From assembly GCA_965240325.2 (NCBI GenBank), contig OZ251234.1, forward strand, positions 558,001 through 622,000: a stretch of 64,000 nucleotides of DNA, given 5' to 3'. A program made the position numbers and the translations under genes. The stretch's first letter is position 1; every line of letters begins with the position of its first letter. The notes beneath the pieces were generated by a model, which saw nothing but the letters and a program-made list of their open reading frames with translations, ran no database searches and was not told the DNA's origin. The stretch is from Rebecca billardiae RCC1528 (lineage: Eukaryota > Protista > Haptophyta). This document shows positions 34,119 to 44,288 of the stretch, in pieces.

Positions 34119-34682
34119 TCGGGGCCCGCGCCGCTGTACCCGCTGGTGGTATGGCGGAAGCCTCGCGAGAGGCGATCGACGCCGCCGATGATCGCGAGCG
34201 CGGGCCGGGCGGGGCGGCTAGCTCTAATCAGATACAGATTCTGAGCAGGCTGCTGCAGCCTAGGAATTACTCGATAGCTAGCTAGTCGTACCGCGTCCGC
34301 GCAGTCGGAGTCAGTCGCCGCTAGACCGCCGTGCGGCGGGCGTGCAGGTACAGTAAGTCTTATAACTTATTAAGTCACTCTTAAGCAGACAGTTATACTG
34401 TATCATATATATATGTTATGACCGCGTTCCGCGGTCCTTTTCTGCATAGAATCAACGCAGTTGGGGGCCCGCGGTGGCCGTGCAATCGCGGCTCTCCGCC
34501 GTAGTGGCAGTTCGCCAGTTGAAGTCGGTTCTGAGATGACGGAAGCTATATTAGTCCGACCGTCGCCCTGCCTGCGCGACCGCGAGACTCATTCACACTT
34601 CACACAATCACAGCAGCGGACCTGAGACCGCACCCGGCACCGGTCGTCAAATCGGACGTCCGTCTGACAACTAGCTGCCAAA

Positions 34683-34830
34683 TGTCCAACTGGCTGATCA
34701 GCTCGGATCCGACCCGTCCGCGATCGTGCCATCGGCATCGGAATTACTACTAGTAGCTGCCAAACGGTTACTGTGTCCAACTCTGGCTGATCACAGATCA
34801 GCTCGGATCCGACCCGTCCGCGATCGTGCC
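34683..34830 (+). repeat. Local direct duplication (~50 bp unit, copies ~90-100 bp apart)
   Basis: gatcagctcggatccgacccgtccgcgatcgtgcc is identical at 34696-34730 and 34796-34830; the preceding tgtccaac..tggctgat also repeats. Confidence 0.9.
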
Positions 34831-35752
34831 GAGTGAGTCGTGCCGCGGAGCTCGGAGTACTGAAGGAGTCGGGTGTGACAGCAGGGTGCTTTAGCGCTGC
34901 GGCCCGTGCCAGCCAACGACCAGACGTACTCTGGCCACTTGACCCGTTGCACGGGTGAGTGACCGTACAGTACGCCCTGCCTAGTGCCTACCGCGCGCGC
35001 CGCGCGACCGGCGACTCGGGGTGATGGAGAGCGGATGGCGACAGCAGCAGCAGTCCTCATGAAGACGATGAAACTGGCGGCACGGGTGCACGAGGTGGCA
35101 GGCGAAAGCGCGCCGACGAGACCGCATTTGACACACCTGAGCCGCACGCGCGTGCCGTCACGCCGAGCGGCGAGCGCTGCAAACGCGCAACCGTACCGCG
35201 CGCGCCACGACGGCGCGGCACTAGCTGATGCAGGCCGTACTGCCGGCACTGCTTCTGCGATCATGCGCCACGGTCGCAGCTGACTGCGTGAGCAGCAAGC
35301 GGGAGGCGGGTCCGGAGGCACGTGCAGGCGCCGTCCCGCATATCCGCCGCATCGCCCATCGTGCCGGGGCACGTCACCTCCGACGATCCGGATGTGGCCC
35401 AGTCCGGACGTCACGCGATCCGGGAAGACGAGTACGATTCGCTCGTAACGAACCGTTACACTAATGTCACGTCCAGCTGACGTCCAGATCGCACTTTACT
35501 TAAGGGAATCAGCTGGGCGCGGTTTTTTTTGGCCTGATAGACCTCTCAATGCGATCTCAAAAACTCGAAACTCGGTCTCCGCCAGCCCTAAAAATCGCCC
35601 CCCGTCCCTTTTTTTCCGCCGCCCCCCGTCCCTTTTTTCTTGATGATCAATAAAGATCTTTTTGAAACGTGGTTCGGGCCCGCTGGTGCGGGCTCCACGC
35701 TGCGCGCTCCGCCCTGCACCGCGGGCCATAATAATAATTCATGATATATATA

Positions 35753-36262
35753 CAGGTTCCCCAGCATCAAGCACTGCATCTGCAGCAGCCCGCCGGCGGG
35801 CCGGGCTGCGACATCGACTACCACCTCATCTGCTTCATCGCCCAGAGCGCGCTAGGCGGCGCGCTCACTCCCCAAGCCCCTCTTCTGCAGCTGCGCGCCG
35901 CTTGGCCGGCGCGCGGCGACGCGTACTACGACCTCATCCTCATCCAGGCGCCCACGCGGGCGCACGGGGGCGACAGCCGCGGCTGCCGCTTGCCGGAGCT
36001 GCTCGCCGCTAGGTCGGCGGGCGGCGACATCGACTACGACCTCACCCTCATCCAAGTGCTCCGGAAGGCGCTCGGCCGCGGCGGCATCTGCCGTCGCCGC
36101 CGCGTGCCCAAGGCCGAGGCGGTGCTCCATCCCGGCCCCGCTCCCGTAGGGGGGCAGGGCTGCGGGTGGCGCACTGTCTGACCTGGACGGAAGGCGCGGA
36201 CGCATTCTATGTGTCTGTTGCACTCTGAGCCTGACGCTTGTCCGATGCTGCCACGTCGTTAA
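35753..36262 (+). mobile_element. Putative 5'-truncated retroelement-like insertion in a (TA)n tract
   Basis: GC-rich block flanked by atatatata on both sides; three degenerate ~105-bp internal repeats; 3' end ccacgtcgttaa shared with the insertion at 51040-51064. Confidence 0.45.
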
Positions 36263-37324
36263 ATATATATATAGTGTTAGTGCCGGTCTGCCGGAGTAGA
36301 CTTGACTGTCAAGTAGACTGTCTATAAGTTGTTAGTGTGAGTGTCTTAGAGTCACAGCTGTGTCTAGTGACTGCGGTACTAGTGACTGAATTTATATATT
36401 ATTAGCATCAGTGTCATCAGTTTAATAACTGTATTATTATATTAGTCAACTCATAGTATCTGATAGCAGGGCCGCGATATTGACAATATCGGTTAATACT
36501 AAATGAGCTAGTAAGACTGCACACATTAGACGAGTTTATAAGTAGCGTACACAGATATTATTGCACTTTGCAGTAGTAAGCTGCTGACGATGCATCTAGT
36601 ACTCTCTAGTCGGATCGGAGTCGCTGCATAGTGCATACCCCCATAGGCCATACCGGCACCGCGCAGCGCGACTGACGCTGTCCGCCCACGCTGCGGTGCC
36701 ACTCACTGCCAGTACCGCCGTACTCACGTCCGTACTGCGTGGCCGGGGGCGGGCCGAGTGCCCCGGGCCGCGCGCTGAGCGCACGGCTCGGCTGCTCGGA
36801 CTTCGGAGGCCTCAGTGCTCGCCGCCGGTTCAGTCTGACTCACTGCCACTCTGTAGTCTGTGCAGAGTGCAGCAGTCGGAGTCGGATCGGGATAAGTTAC
36901 AGGAGTGAAGTCTGAGGAGGCTGCTAGACCGCTAGTACTGTAGCGCCTATAAAGTATAAGCCGCCTTTAATCGCGACTAATTAAAGTATGATACACCGAC
37001 ACGCACACACACAATAATATATAATATATATTGAATATATTATAAATATAATTGTCTCGTCATCTGAATCATCACGCATATATCGTCGGAAGATTGGCAG
37101 CACCGCCTGCCCACCCAGCTGGCGACAGCAGTCAGTGGCTACACCGAGTTGGCGTCGGACCAGTTGGGCGTTTGTCAAAATACACTGCTGCAAGCGGCAG
37201 TCCGGCGACCCTGCCGCACCGACGCATGGCAAGACTCGAACGCTCGTGGGCACACGGGCCCCGGTGGCGTGCGAGTGGCACCGTGCGCGTGCGGTCGCCG
37301 GAGCTCGCACCCGCCGCCGCGCAT

Positions 37325-37981
37325 TTAGGGCGAGAAGACCTCGAACGTGGTCTGCAGCACCGGCTTGCCGGTCACCGCAATCTGCGCGCACATGCCGGCG
37401 AAGCCAATCATCGCGAGGCGGCCGTGCTTGAGCTCAGCGATGGCGTAGTCCTCCTTGATGCCCTGGCGCGACAGCGCGAGCGGATCAAAGCCGATGTCAC
37501 CCGGGATGCGCGGCTCGGCGACCTTCGCGTTGAGCTCAATGTAGCCGCAGAAGCCGAGGATCTGGACGAGGCCGAGCGCGGGCACGACGCCAAACGCATC
37601 GAACTGGTTGGCGACGTCGAACGGCGCCTTCTGATACGGGCAGACGAACTCCTGCACGATGAACCCAACCACCGCAAGCATCGACACGCGGCCGTGCTTG
37701 AGCTCGACCTCGCGCAGCCGCACGAGCTGCTCGTAGCTCTGCTTGTTGGTGAAGCCTGCCGGATCGAAGCCGATGTCGAGCAGGAGCTCGCCGTTCAGGC
37801 CCTCGGGCTTAGCCACGAAGGGGATGCACTTCGAGAGCTCCACCGCCGCAGGCTCCGGCGCCGCCGCCTTCTTCTTCGCCATCATCGACACCGCGCTCGC
37901 AGTGCTCGGGGCACGCATAGCCGGGCCGTTGAAGGCAACGGCCGACGCGCAAAGAGCAGACAGGAGCATCGTGCGCAGCAT
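37325..37981 (-). CDS. Light-harvesting chlorophyll a/c-binding protein (probably Lhcr-type)
   Basis: GFDPAGF, REVELKHGRVSMLA, GDIGFDPL, AELKHGRLAMIG; leader MLRTMLLSALCASAVA-FNGP typical of secondary-plastid targeting; SKCIPF..P..LNG start is Lhcr-like. Confidence 0.95.
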   Translation of the reverse strand: MLRTMLLSALCASAVAFNGPAMRAPSTASAVSMMAKKKAAAPEPAAVELSKCIPFVAKPEGLNGELLLDIGFDPAGFTNKQSYEQLVRLREVELKHGRVSMLAVVGFIVQEFVCPYQKAPFDVANQFDAFGVVPALGLVQILGFCGYIELNAKVAEPRIPGDIGFDPLALSRQGIKEDYAIAELKHGRLAMIGFAGMCAQIAVTGKPVLQTTFEVFSP

Positions 37982-38349
37982 CTGCTCGGCGGCGCGCGCA
38001 ATAACGGCGACCGAGGAGGCGCGCGGGCGCGGGCGCGGGCGCGGGCGCGGATACGCTTCAGCGGCGGTCGAGTCGGGCGGCGAGCACGCGCGCGTCGGGT
38101 CCTCGCGATGCGCTCACGGTGTCGATGGGCGAATGACCGACCGAATGATGCGGGCATCCCTACGGAAAAATCTAATTAAAGCCGCCCGGACCGCACCGGA
38201 CTCAGCCTCTGGCTGAGTGGCTGGCTGGCACAGCCGTCTCGAAGCCCTGCGCTGCTGCGCATCCACACCGAGATCCACGATGGCGTCGCGCCGCGGAAGA
38301 TCGAAGAACCACGATGGCACCCCCGGCTTGTCAGCCAGAGAATCTTGCG

Positions 38350-40147
38350 TCATACGCTTAGGCGGGCGAGCATCCGCCCGCTGCCCGACCACGCGGCCCG
38401 AATGCGCTCTTCGCACTCCGCCGAGAGCGGGTTGTCCCTGCGCGCGCACGCACGCACGCGCCAAGCAGCAGAACGCGGGGGGCGTGATGTTGGGCGGGCG
38501 ACGGAGGGCGCGCGCGCGCGCACGGAGCGCGATCGACGCGGACGACGTGGAGGCCATGCGGCGAGTGTAGCGGGTGGTACCACGCCTCTGCCCGGGCCGC
38601 GCGCGCGCGGCGCGCCGCCGCCCCGCGCCCGTGCGAGCGGCACACCACAGGCTCAGCTCGGCAAGCGTCGCATTCACGGCGAACGAGACGATGAGCGCGG
38701 CGCCGCCCTCGTCCGAGACGCGGTTGTACGCGAGCGTGAGCTCCGCAAGCACCTGGTTCACGGTCAGCGCGTGCGCCAGCGCCGTCGCGCCCCGGTCGCT
38801 GATCTGGTTGACCGAGAGGCCGAGCGTCCTCAGCGTGCCGTTCGCCATCAGCATCTCGGCGAGCGCCTCCGCGCCGACGTCGCGCACGCGGTTCCCAAAG
38901 AGTATGAGCGTGCGGAGCGTCACGTTCTCGCGCAGCGCGTCGGCGAGCGCGCACACGCCCCGGTCGCCGATGCGGTTGTCCCACAGCCGCAGCTCGAGCA
39001 GCGAGCCGTTCTGCGCGAGCTGCGCGGCGATCGCGCTCGCGCCGCGGTTGCCGATCCGGTTGCGCCCGAGCCACAGCAGCCGCATCGACGCGCGCTCGCC
39101 GAGCAGCGGCGCGAACTCGAGCACGTCGGCGTCGGCGAGCGCGCGGCCCGAGAGGTTCAGCGCCTCGAGCGAGCGGTCGCCCGCCAGCGCCGCGCACAGC
39201 GCGCGCATCTCGCGCGGCTCGGGCGAGAAGCCGAGTGTGTAGCTCAGCAGCGCGCCGCTGTGCAGCGCATGCAGCGGGACTCCGCCCAGGTTGAGCACGG
39301 TGCCGAGGTAGGGGAGCAGGCCGAGCTGCGCGCGCGCGGCGCCTCGGCGCACGCGGTGCGCGTGCACGCACACCGAGCACGCCGACAGCACCATCGAGCC
39401 GACGACGAGCGCCGCATGCGCGTCGGCACCCGCGGCCGAGCAGGAGCGCCAGCCTGTCGCCACGCGCGCGGCGCACGTGCGCCAGCTGAGGGCGAGCTGC
39501 AGGAGCAGCACGGGGAGCGACTGCAGCGCGGCGCCGACGACCAGGCGCGAGGCACTGAACGCGGGCGCTAGCTCGGCGAGCGCGCCCGACTCCGCGTCGA
39601 AGACCGAGCTGTGCCCCAGCGCCTCGAGCAGCAGCAGCACGTCGAGCGCGAGCACGCCAAACGGCCCGCCGTCGAGCGTGCAGCGGGCGAGCGGCGTCCT
39701 CGTGGCGCGGCGGCGGCCCGCGGGGCTGCGGAGGAAGAGGAGCACGAGGCTCCACGTCGTGAGGTACTGCACGCCGACGAAGCTCAGGATCAGCGCGCCC
39801 CAGCTCCGGCTGTGTGCGCACAGCAGCACGGCGGCGAGCGAGCAGTCCGCGACCATCTCCGCAGCGAAGAGCAGCTGCTCCGGGAGCAGCGCGTGGCGCA
39901 GCCGGGTGGTCGTGCTGGTGCGCGCCGCGGCAGCGGACGCCTGCGAGCGGGCGGCGTGCATGATCGCGGACGAGGCGGCATACTCGTCCCCCTCGCGGGG
40001 CGCGCGCGCATGCTCATCACTGCCAGCGCTCGCAGCATCCGCAAACTCCGCTCCGTGGTCGGCTACGGGCGCGGCGGCGGCGGCCAGCTGGCGCGTCGCT
40101 GTGCTCGGCGTGTGCTGCCGCGAGGGCGAGTCGGCGCTCGCTGCCAT
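38350..40147 (-). CDS. Multi-pass membrane protein with C-terminal RI/NLRC3-type LRRs; intron 38645-38438
   Basis: Hydrophobic helices including ALQSLPVLLLQLAL, then ~8 28-aa LRRs (LRLWDNRIGDRGVCALADALRENVTL). Splicing gives LSLWDNPLSAECEERIRAAW...SV*. Confidence 0.85.
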
Positions 40148-40365
40148 GCCACTGGCTCCGGCCCAGCCGTTCAGCCGCCGCCCAGAGCGCGCCGGCAGCA
40201 CGGCTCGACTTGCACGATTTGGATTGTGCCAGAGCTGATCAAGAGCACTGCCTCCGCCAGTGCTTCCGCCAGTGGCCGTCGGAAGCAGCGACGAGCGAAG
40301 CACCAAGGTTCTTGAGTCTTGACGCAGCGCTCCCTCCCGCTCGGCCAGCGCGGGAGACCACGGCA

Positions 40366-42165
40366 ATGATGCGGCCTACGTCCGGCGGCGGGCCGCTCTG
40401 CGTCGACGTGCCCGTCGACTCGGGCCTCGTCTTCTCGGTGGTCGCCGCGCGCCGCGCGCACGAGTTGCAGCGCGCCGAGGAGCTGCTCGCGTTCGTGTGC
40501 GACCTGCTCTCGAACACGGTCACCTCCCTTGGCGCGGCGATCGTGTGGCCGCACTGCCTCGACCGGCCGTGTCGGCGCGGCAAGCCCGCCCCCGCGCCGC
40601 AGGCGCAGCGCGTGGCGCCGCCCCTCGAGCGCACGGCCTCGCCGCCGCCGGCGCTCGTGCAGATGCTCGTCCTGCACTACCAGCTGCAGGCCGCGCAGCG
40701 GACGCGGCTCGACATCGCCGCGTTCTTCGACGACCCGCGCACCGTGTACCCCGTGCTCACGCCGCTTGCGCTGCACCTCGGCGTGCGCGTGCCCTCGCTG
40801 CGCGATGCGGACTCGATCGTGCTGTCCTCCGAGCAGCTGCCGTCCGACGCGAGCTGGGGCGTGGCCGTGCTCGCCGCGCTGTCGCCGCACCTGCGCTCGG
40901 TGGTGGCGCGCCGGCCGGCGCACTCCGGTGGCATCGTCCTCGCGCACGCGTACTGCGCACTGCGCGGGCTCGCGCTCAACAGCGCGATCGAGCTGCTCGA
41001 CCTCACGGCCAACCCGCTGCTGGCGTCGGGCGCGGTCCTGATCGCCGACCTGCTTCGCTCCTCGCGCTCCCTGAGCACGCTCGCGCTGCACGACGCGCAC
41101 CTGTCGCGCGAGGGCGGCCTGGCGATCGCGCGCGCGCTCGCCGACTCGCCGTGCCTGCGCAGCCTGGACCTCTCGCGCAACAACCTGCACTCGCCCGTCG
41201 CGCACGCGCTCGCCGCCGCCCTGCGCGCGGGATCGGCGCTGCGCGCGCTCTCGCTCGAGGAGAACGCGATCGGCGACGCCGGCGTGATGGCGCTCGCCAA
41301 GGCGCTCAAGGTGAACGCGCGGCTGCGCATCCTGCTCCTCGCGCGGAACGCGCCGGTCTCGGACGCGGGCGCGATCGCGCTCTCCGACGCCCTGCGCTTC
41401 AACACGGCGCTCGAGGCGCTCGCGCTCGACGGCACGGGCGTCGGTCGGCGCGGGCTGCTCGCGCTCGTCGACGGCGTGGCGCACAACAGCTCGCTGCTCG
41501 AGCTGTCCGTGCCGGCGGGCGCGGTCGAGATGCTGGGCCAGGGCGGCCGGTGCGCGCTCTGCCGCATGTACGCCGCCAAGATGCGTGACGGCTGCGCCGG
41601 CGTGCCCGGCCCGCGCGTGCGCAGCGTGCTCGAGCCGCCCACGTCGGCCGCCGGCGCGGACGACGCCGACGCGGCCCTCGCGGCCGCTCCACCGCCGCGG
41701 CCGACTCTGCGCGTCAGCGCGCTCGGCGAGGGCGCGCCGACGCTCGAGTGGCGCCTCTCTGAGGTCGTCGTCTCCCCCGCGCTCCTCGTGGCGCTCGTCG
41801 GCTCGCTCGCCTCGCTGCCGGGGCTGCTCGCCGCCACCGCGGAGCCGCACGGCACCGCCGCTCCGGACGCGCAGCGCTGCTGGGGCTCCGGCCGCTGGGG
41901 GTCGGACAGGCGCTTCCTCGCGCTGGCGGCACGGCACGGGCCGGGGGCTGCGCTGCGCATGGTCGTGCTGCAGATCATCGCGGCCTCGTCGTCCGCTGAG
42001 GCTGCGGAGGCGATGCGGCCCTTCCTCGCTGTGCTGCAGCGGCTCAGCCACCAGCTCGTCGCGCTCGCTGGCAGCCTCGAGCTCAACGACACGCTCAACG
42101 ACACCGTTGACCGCCTGGTCACTCGAGGTCGACGACACGCCGACGACGCCGTGGCTGATGAGTAA
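40366..42165 (+). CDS. RI/NLRC3-type LRR protein
   Basis: Six 28-aa LRRs (LSLEENAIGDAGVMALAKALKVNARL) flanked by unrecognised N- and C-terminal regions; ATG at 40366. Confidence 0.82.
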   Translation: MMRPTSGGGPLCVDVPVDSGLVFSVVAARRAHELQRAEELLAFVCDLLSNTVTSLGAAIVWPHCLDRPCRRGKPAPAPQAQRVAPPLERTASPPPALVQMLVLHYQLQAAQRTRLDIAAFFDDPRTVYPVLTPLALHLGVRVPSLRDADSIVLSSEQLPSDASWGVAVLAALSPHLRSVVARRPAHSGGIVLAHAYCALRGLALNSAIELLDLTANPLLASGAVLIADLLRSSRSLSTLALHDAHLSREGGLAIARALADSPCLRSLDLSRNNLHSPVAHALAAALRAGSALRALSLEENAIGDAGVMALAKALKVNARLRILLLARNAPVSDAGAIALSDALRFNTALEALALDGTGVGRRGLLALVDGVAHNSSLLELSVPAGAVEMLGQGGRCALCRMYAAKMRDGCAGVPGPRVRSVLEPPTSAAGADDADAALAAAPPPRPTLRVSALGEGAPTLEWRLSEVVVSPALLVALVGSLASLPGLLAATAEPHGTAAPDAQRCWGSGRWGSDRRFLALAARHGPGAALRMVVLQIIAASSSAEAAEAMRPFLAVLQRLSHQLVALAGSLELNDTLNDTVDRLVTRGRRHADDAVADE

Positions 42166-42254
42166 ATCCACGTTGCGGAAGCGGCATGCTGCGGACACGG
42201 GACAGAACCTGATTCTCACATTCTGTGTTGGTTTGACCAAGGGGAGGTTTGACC

Positions 42255-42511
42255 AAGGAGACTTTAAAAAACCACTGGGGAGGAAGGCAAGTGGACCCAT
42301 GCTCCGTACCCGCGGTTCCAGAGTCCGGTGTTTTGGAAGCCTGGCCACAGTGGCTTTTTGTCCGGAGATCGTTCAGAATAGGCGTTTCGGCTAGAAAATC
42401 ACCGCTGAAGCCTGCAAAATCACCGGACTTCAGAACCGCGGGGTACAGAGCATGGGACCGAGCTCGCACTGGGGGCTTCCTCCCCAGTGGGTTATTTGTT
42501 TAAGACCCCTT
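42255..42511. mobile_element. Foldback MITE, possibly Mutator-like, with 9-bp TSD GGTTTGACC
   Basis: Long imperfect inverted arms (ccactggggaggaag/cttcctccccagtgg; cccatgctc/gagcatggg; cccgcggttc/gaaccgcggg; agtccggtg/caccggact); direct repeat at 42246-42254 and 42512-42520. Confidence 0.75.
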
Positions 42512-42856
42512 GGTTTGACCGCATGAAATTTGGTCAGGGCCACCCTCGTCCCGTTGCACGAGACGCGGGTAGGACTACGAAAGGCGAGAAGATTCTTTTA
42601 CCTTTTTAGGGTAGGAAGGGCCAGCGCAAGATTGTAGTCTTATCATCAAGTGAAGCATCAGCAGCAAGTTAAAGTGAGTAGTTCGCTGACGGCCCATAAA
42701 GTACCACTTGGAGTGGAGCGTTGAGCCGAGGCGACCGGTGCCACCGCTGGTGAAGACGCAACCGAGCAGGCTGCCAGTTGCTCACCAGCACACCACTCTG
42801 AGAGCTCGGCGCGCGCGTGATTACAGCGCGGCGCGGCAGCGGCATACTCGCCAAGC

Positions 42857-43714
42857 ATGTGCGCTACGACGATCAGCGTTCGCGCGCGCGCGCCGCAGGC
42901 GTCGTCACGCTACGTGGGCGTGCACTACGACCGCACGAGCCGCCGCTGGAAGGCCAAATGTGCGCTCGGCGGCCGCGTCACCTACCTCGGCTCGCACGGC
43001 ACGGAGGCGGATGCCGCGCGCGCGTACGATGAGTTCGCGCGCGCGCACGGCAAGCCATGCAACTTCCCGACGGCGGGGCTGGCCGCGCGTGAAGGGCGCA
43101 AAGCGCCCACGTCGAGATTTCTCGGCGTGTACTTCGACGCGTCCTCCCGCAAGTACGTCGCGCGCTGCCGCCTGCACCGGCGGAAGGTGTATCTGGGCCA
43201 CCACGCTGATGAGGAGTCGGCAGCGCGCGCGTACGACGTGTTCGCACGCGCGCACGGCAAGCCGCTCAATCTGCCGGATCCTGCGTGTGTGACCGAATCG
43301 CAGCCTACGGCCGCGCCGGACGACGCGCTCGCACCCTCCGCCTCGCCGACTGGCAGCAGCAGCAGCGGCGTGCTCGACCGCGCGCGTGGTGTCGGGACGG
43401 CGGCTGCGGTGACGGCAGCGGGCGCTGGCGGCATCGCGGCTTGCCCGAGCGCCTCGGCAGCAGCCACTGGCGCCGATCTCGATGTCGACGGCCGGCCGAT
43501 CTGCGCGGAGCAGCACGTCACGCCGCCACCATCGCGCGGCGCAACAGGGCCCGTGCGCGGCCCATGCGCGGAGGGCGTCGGGTCCGAGCCACCGGTGCGC
43601 GCTTTCGCGCCGCTCTCACTCGCATCCGACGAGGGCGGCGTCTCGAGCGAGGTCGCGGGCCTGCTGCTGCTGCTCGGCGGCTCGGCCGGCGACACGTCGA
43701 GTGCGGCCAGCTAG
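42857..43714 (+). CDS. AP2/ERF-domain transcription factor with two AP2 domains (start uncertain)
   Basis: SRYVGVHYDRTSRRWKA...YLGSHGTEADAARAYD...CNFP and SRFLGVYFD...YLGHHADEESAARAYD...LNLP. Confidence 0.88.
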   Translation: MCATTISVRARAPQASSRYVGVHYDRTSRRWKAKCALGGRVTYLGSHGTEADAARAYDEFARAHGKPCNFPTAGLAAREGRKAPTSRFLGVYFDASSRKYVARCRLHRRKVYLGHHADEESAARAYDVFARAHGKPLNLPDPACVTESQPTAAPDDALAPSASPTGSSSSGVLDRARGVGTAAAVTAAGAGGIAACPSASAAATGADLDVDGRPICAEQHVTPPPSRGATGPVRGPCAEGVGSEPPVRAFAPLSLASDEGGVSSEVAGLLLLLGGSAGDTSSAAS

Positions 43715-44288
43715 GGTGCTGCCTGCTGCGCGCACCCTGCGCTGTGACATTGCCCGCTGCGGCGAGCGTGCACGAGTGTCGCGCCTGTGCGGGCCGGCGC
43801 ACGAAGCGTACTGCGGTACTGAACGCGCCCGGCGCGCCACGTCTGCTCTTCGTGTCGCCAAACGCCGTGGGTGGCGTGGCTGCGCGCTGGCGTCGACGTC
43901 TACGGCATCAGAGCACTGCACGCCCTCCCATTGCGACGTGGCTTGATCGCTTCGAGTGTGCCGCTGCTGACTCGGCCACGCCGAATCCCAGCGGCGCGCA
44001 CGACTAGTAGTGCGCAAAGCGTCGGCAGCGGACACGGGCGGACAGTGCCGGCGGTCCATGCGCCTCTGCAGATGTGATGAGCGCAGTGGTCATAAGTCAG
44101 TAGTACCATACCAATGGTAACTCTATCGATCGTGCGTAAGACTGTTCATCAGGCTGCTTCCAAAGCTAGAGATGTTGAAACGCGTCACTACACATCCACA
44201 GCTCAGCGCAGCCAGAGGCTTCGACAATCAGTTCCATCGCGCAAACCAGTGCGCGTATTAAAAGAAATTTCCGTCCGGTGTCGTCCAG

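Noticed and set aside
34791-35414. ORFs on both strands in this GC-rich patch
   Set aside because: No recognisable motif; cannot distinguish from decayed sequence.
35499-35640. TTAA-GGG transposon end and gccccccgtccctttttt direct repeat
   Set aside because: Looks like a terminus with subterminal repeats, but I found no matching opposite end in the window.
36170-36262. Hammerhead ribozyme at the putative retroelement end
   Set aside because: No CUGAnGA plus GAAA core with supporting stems.
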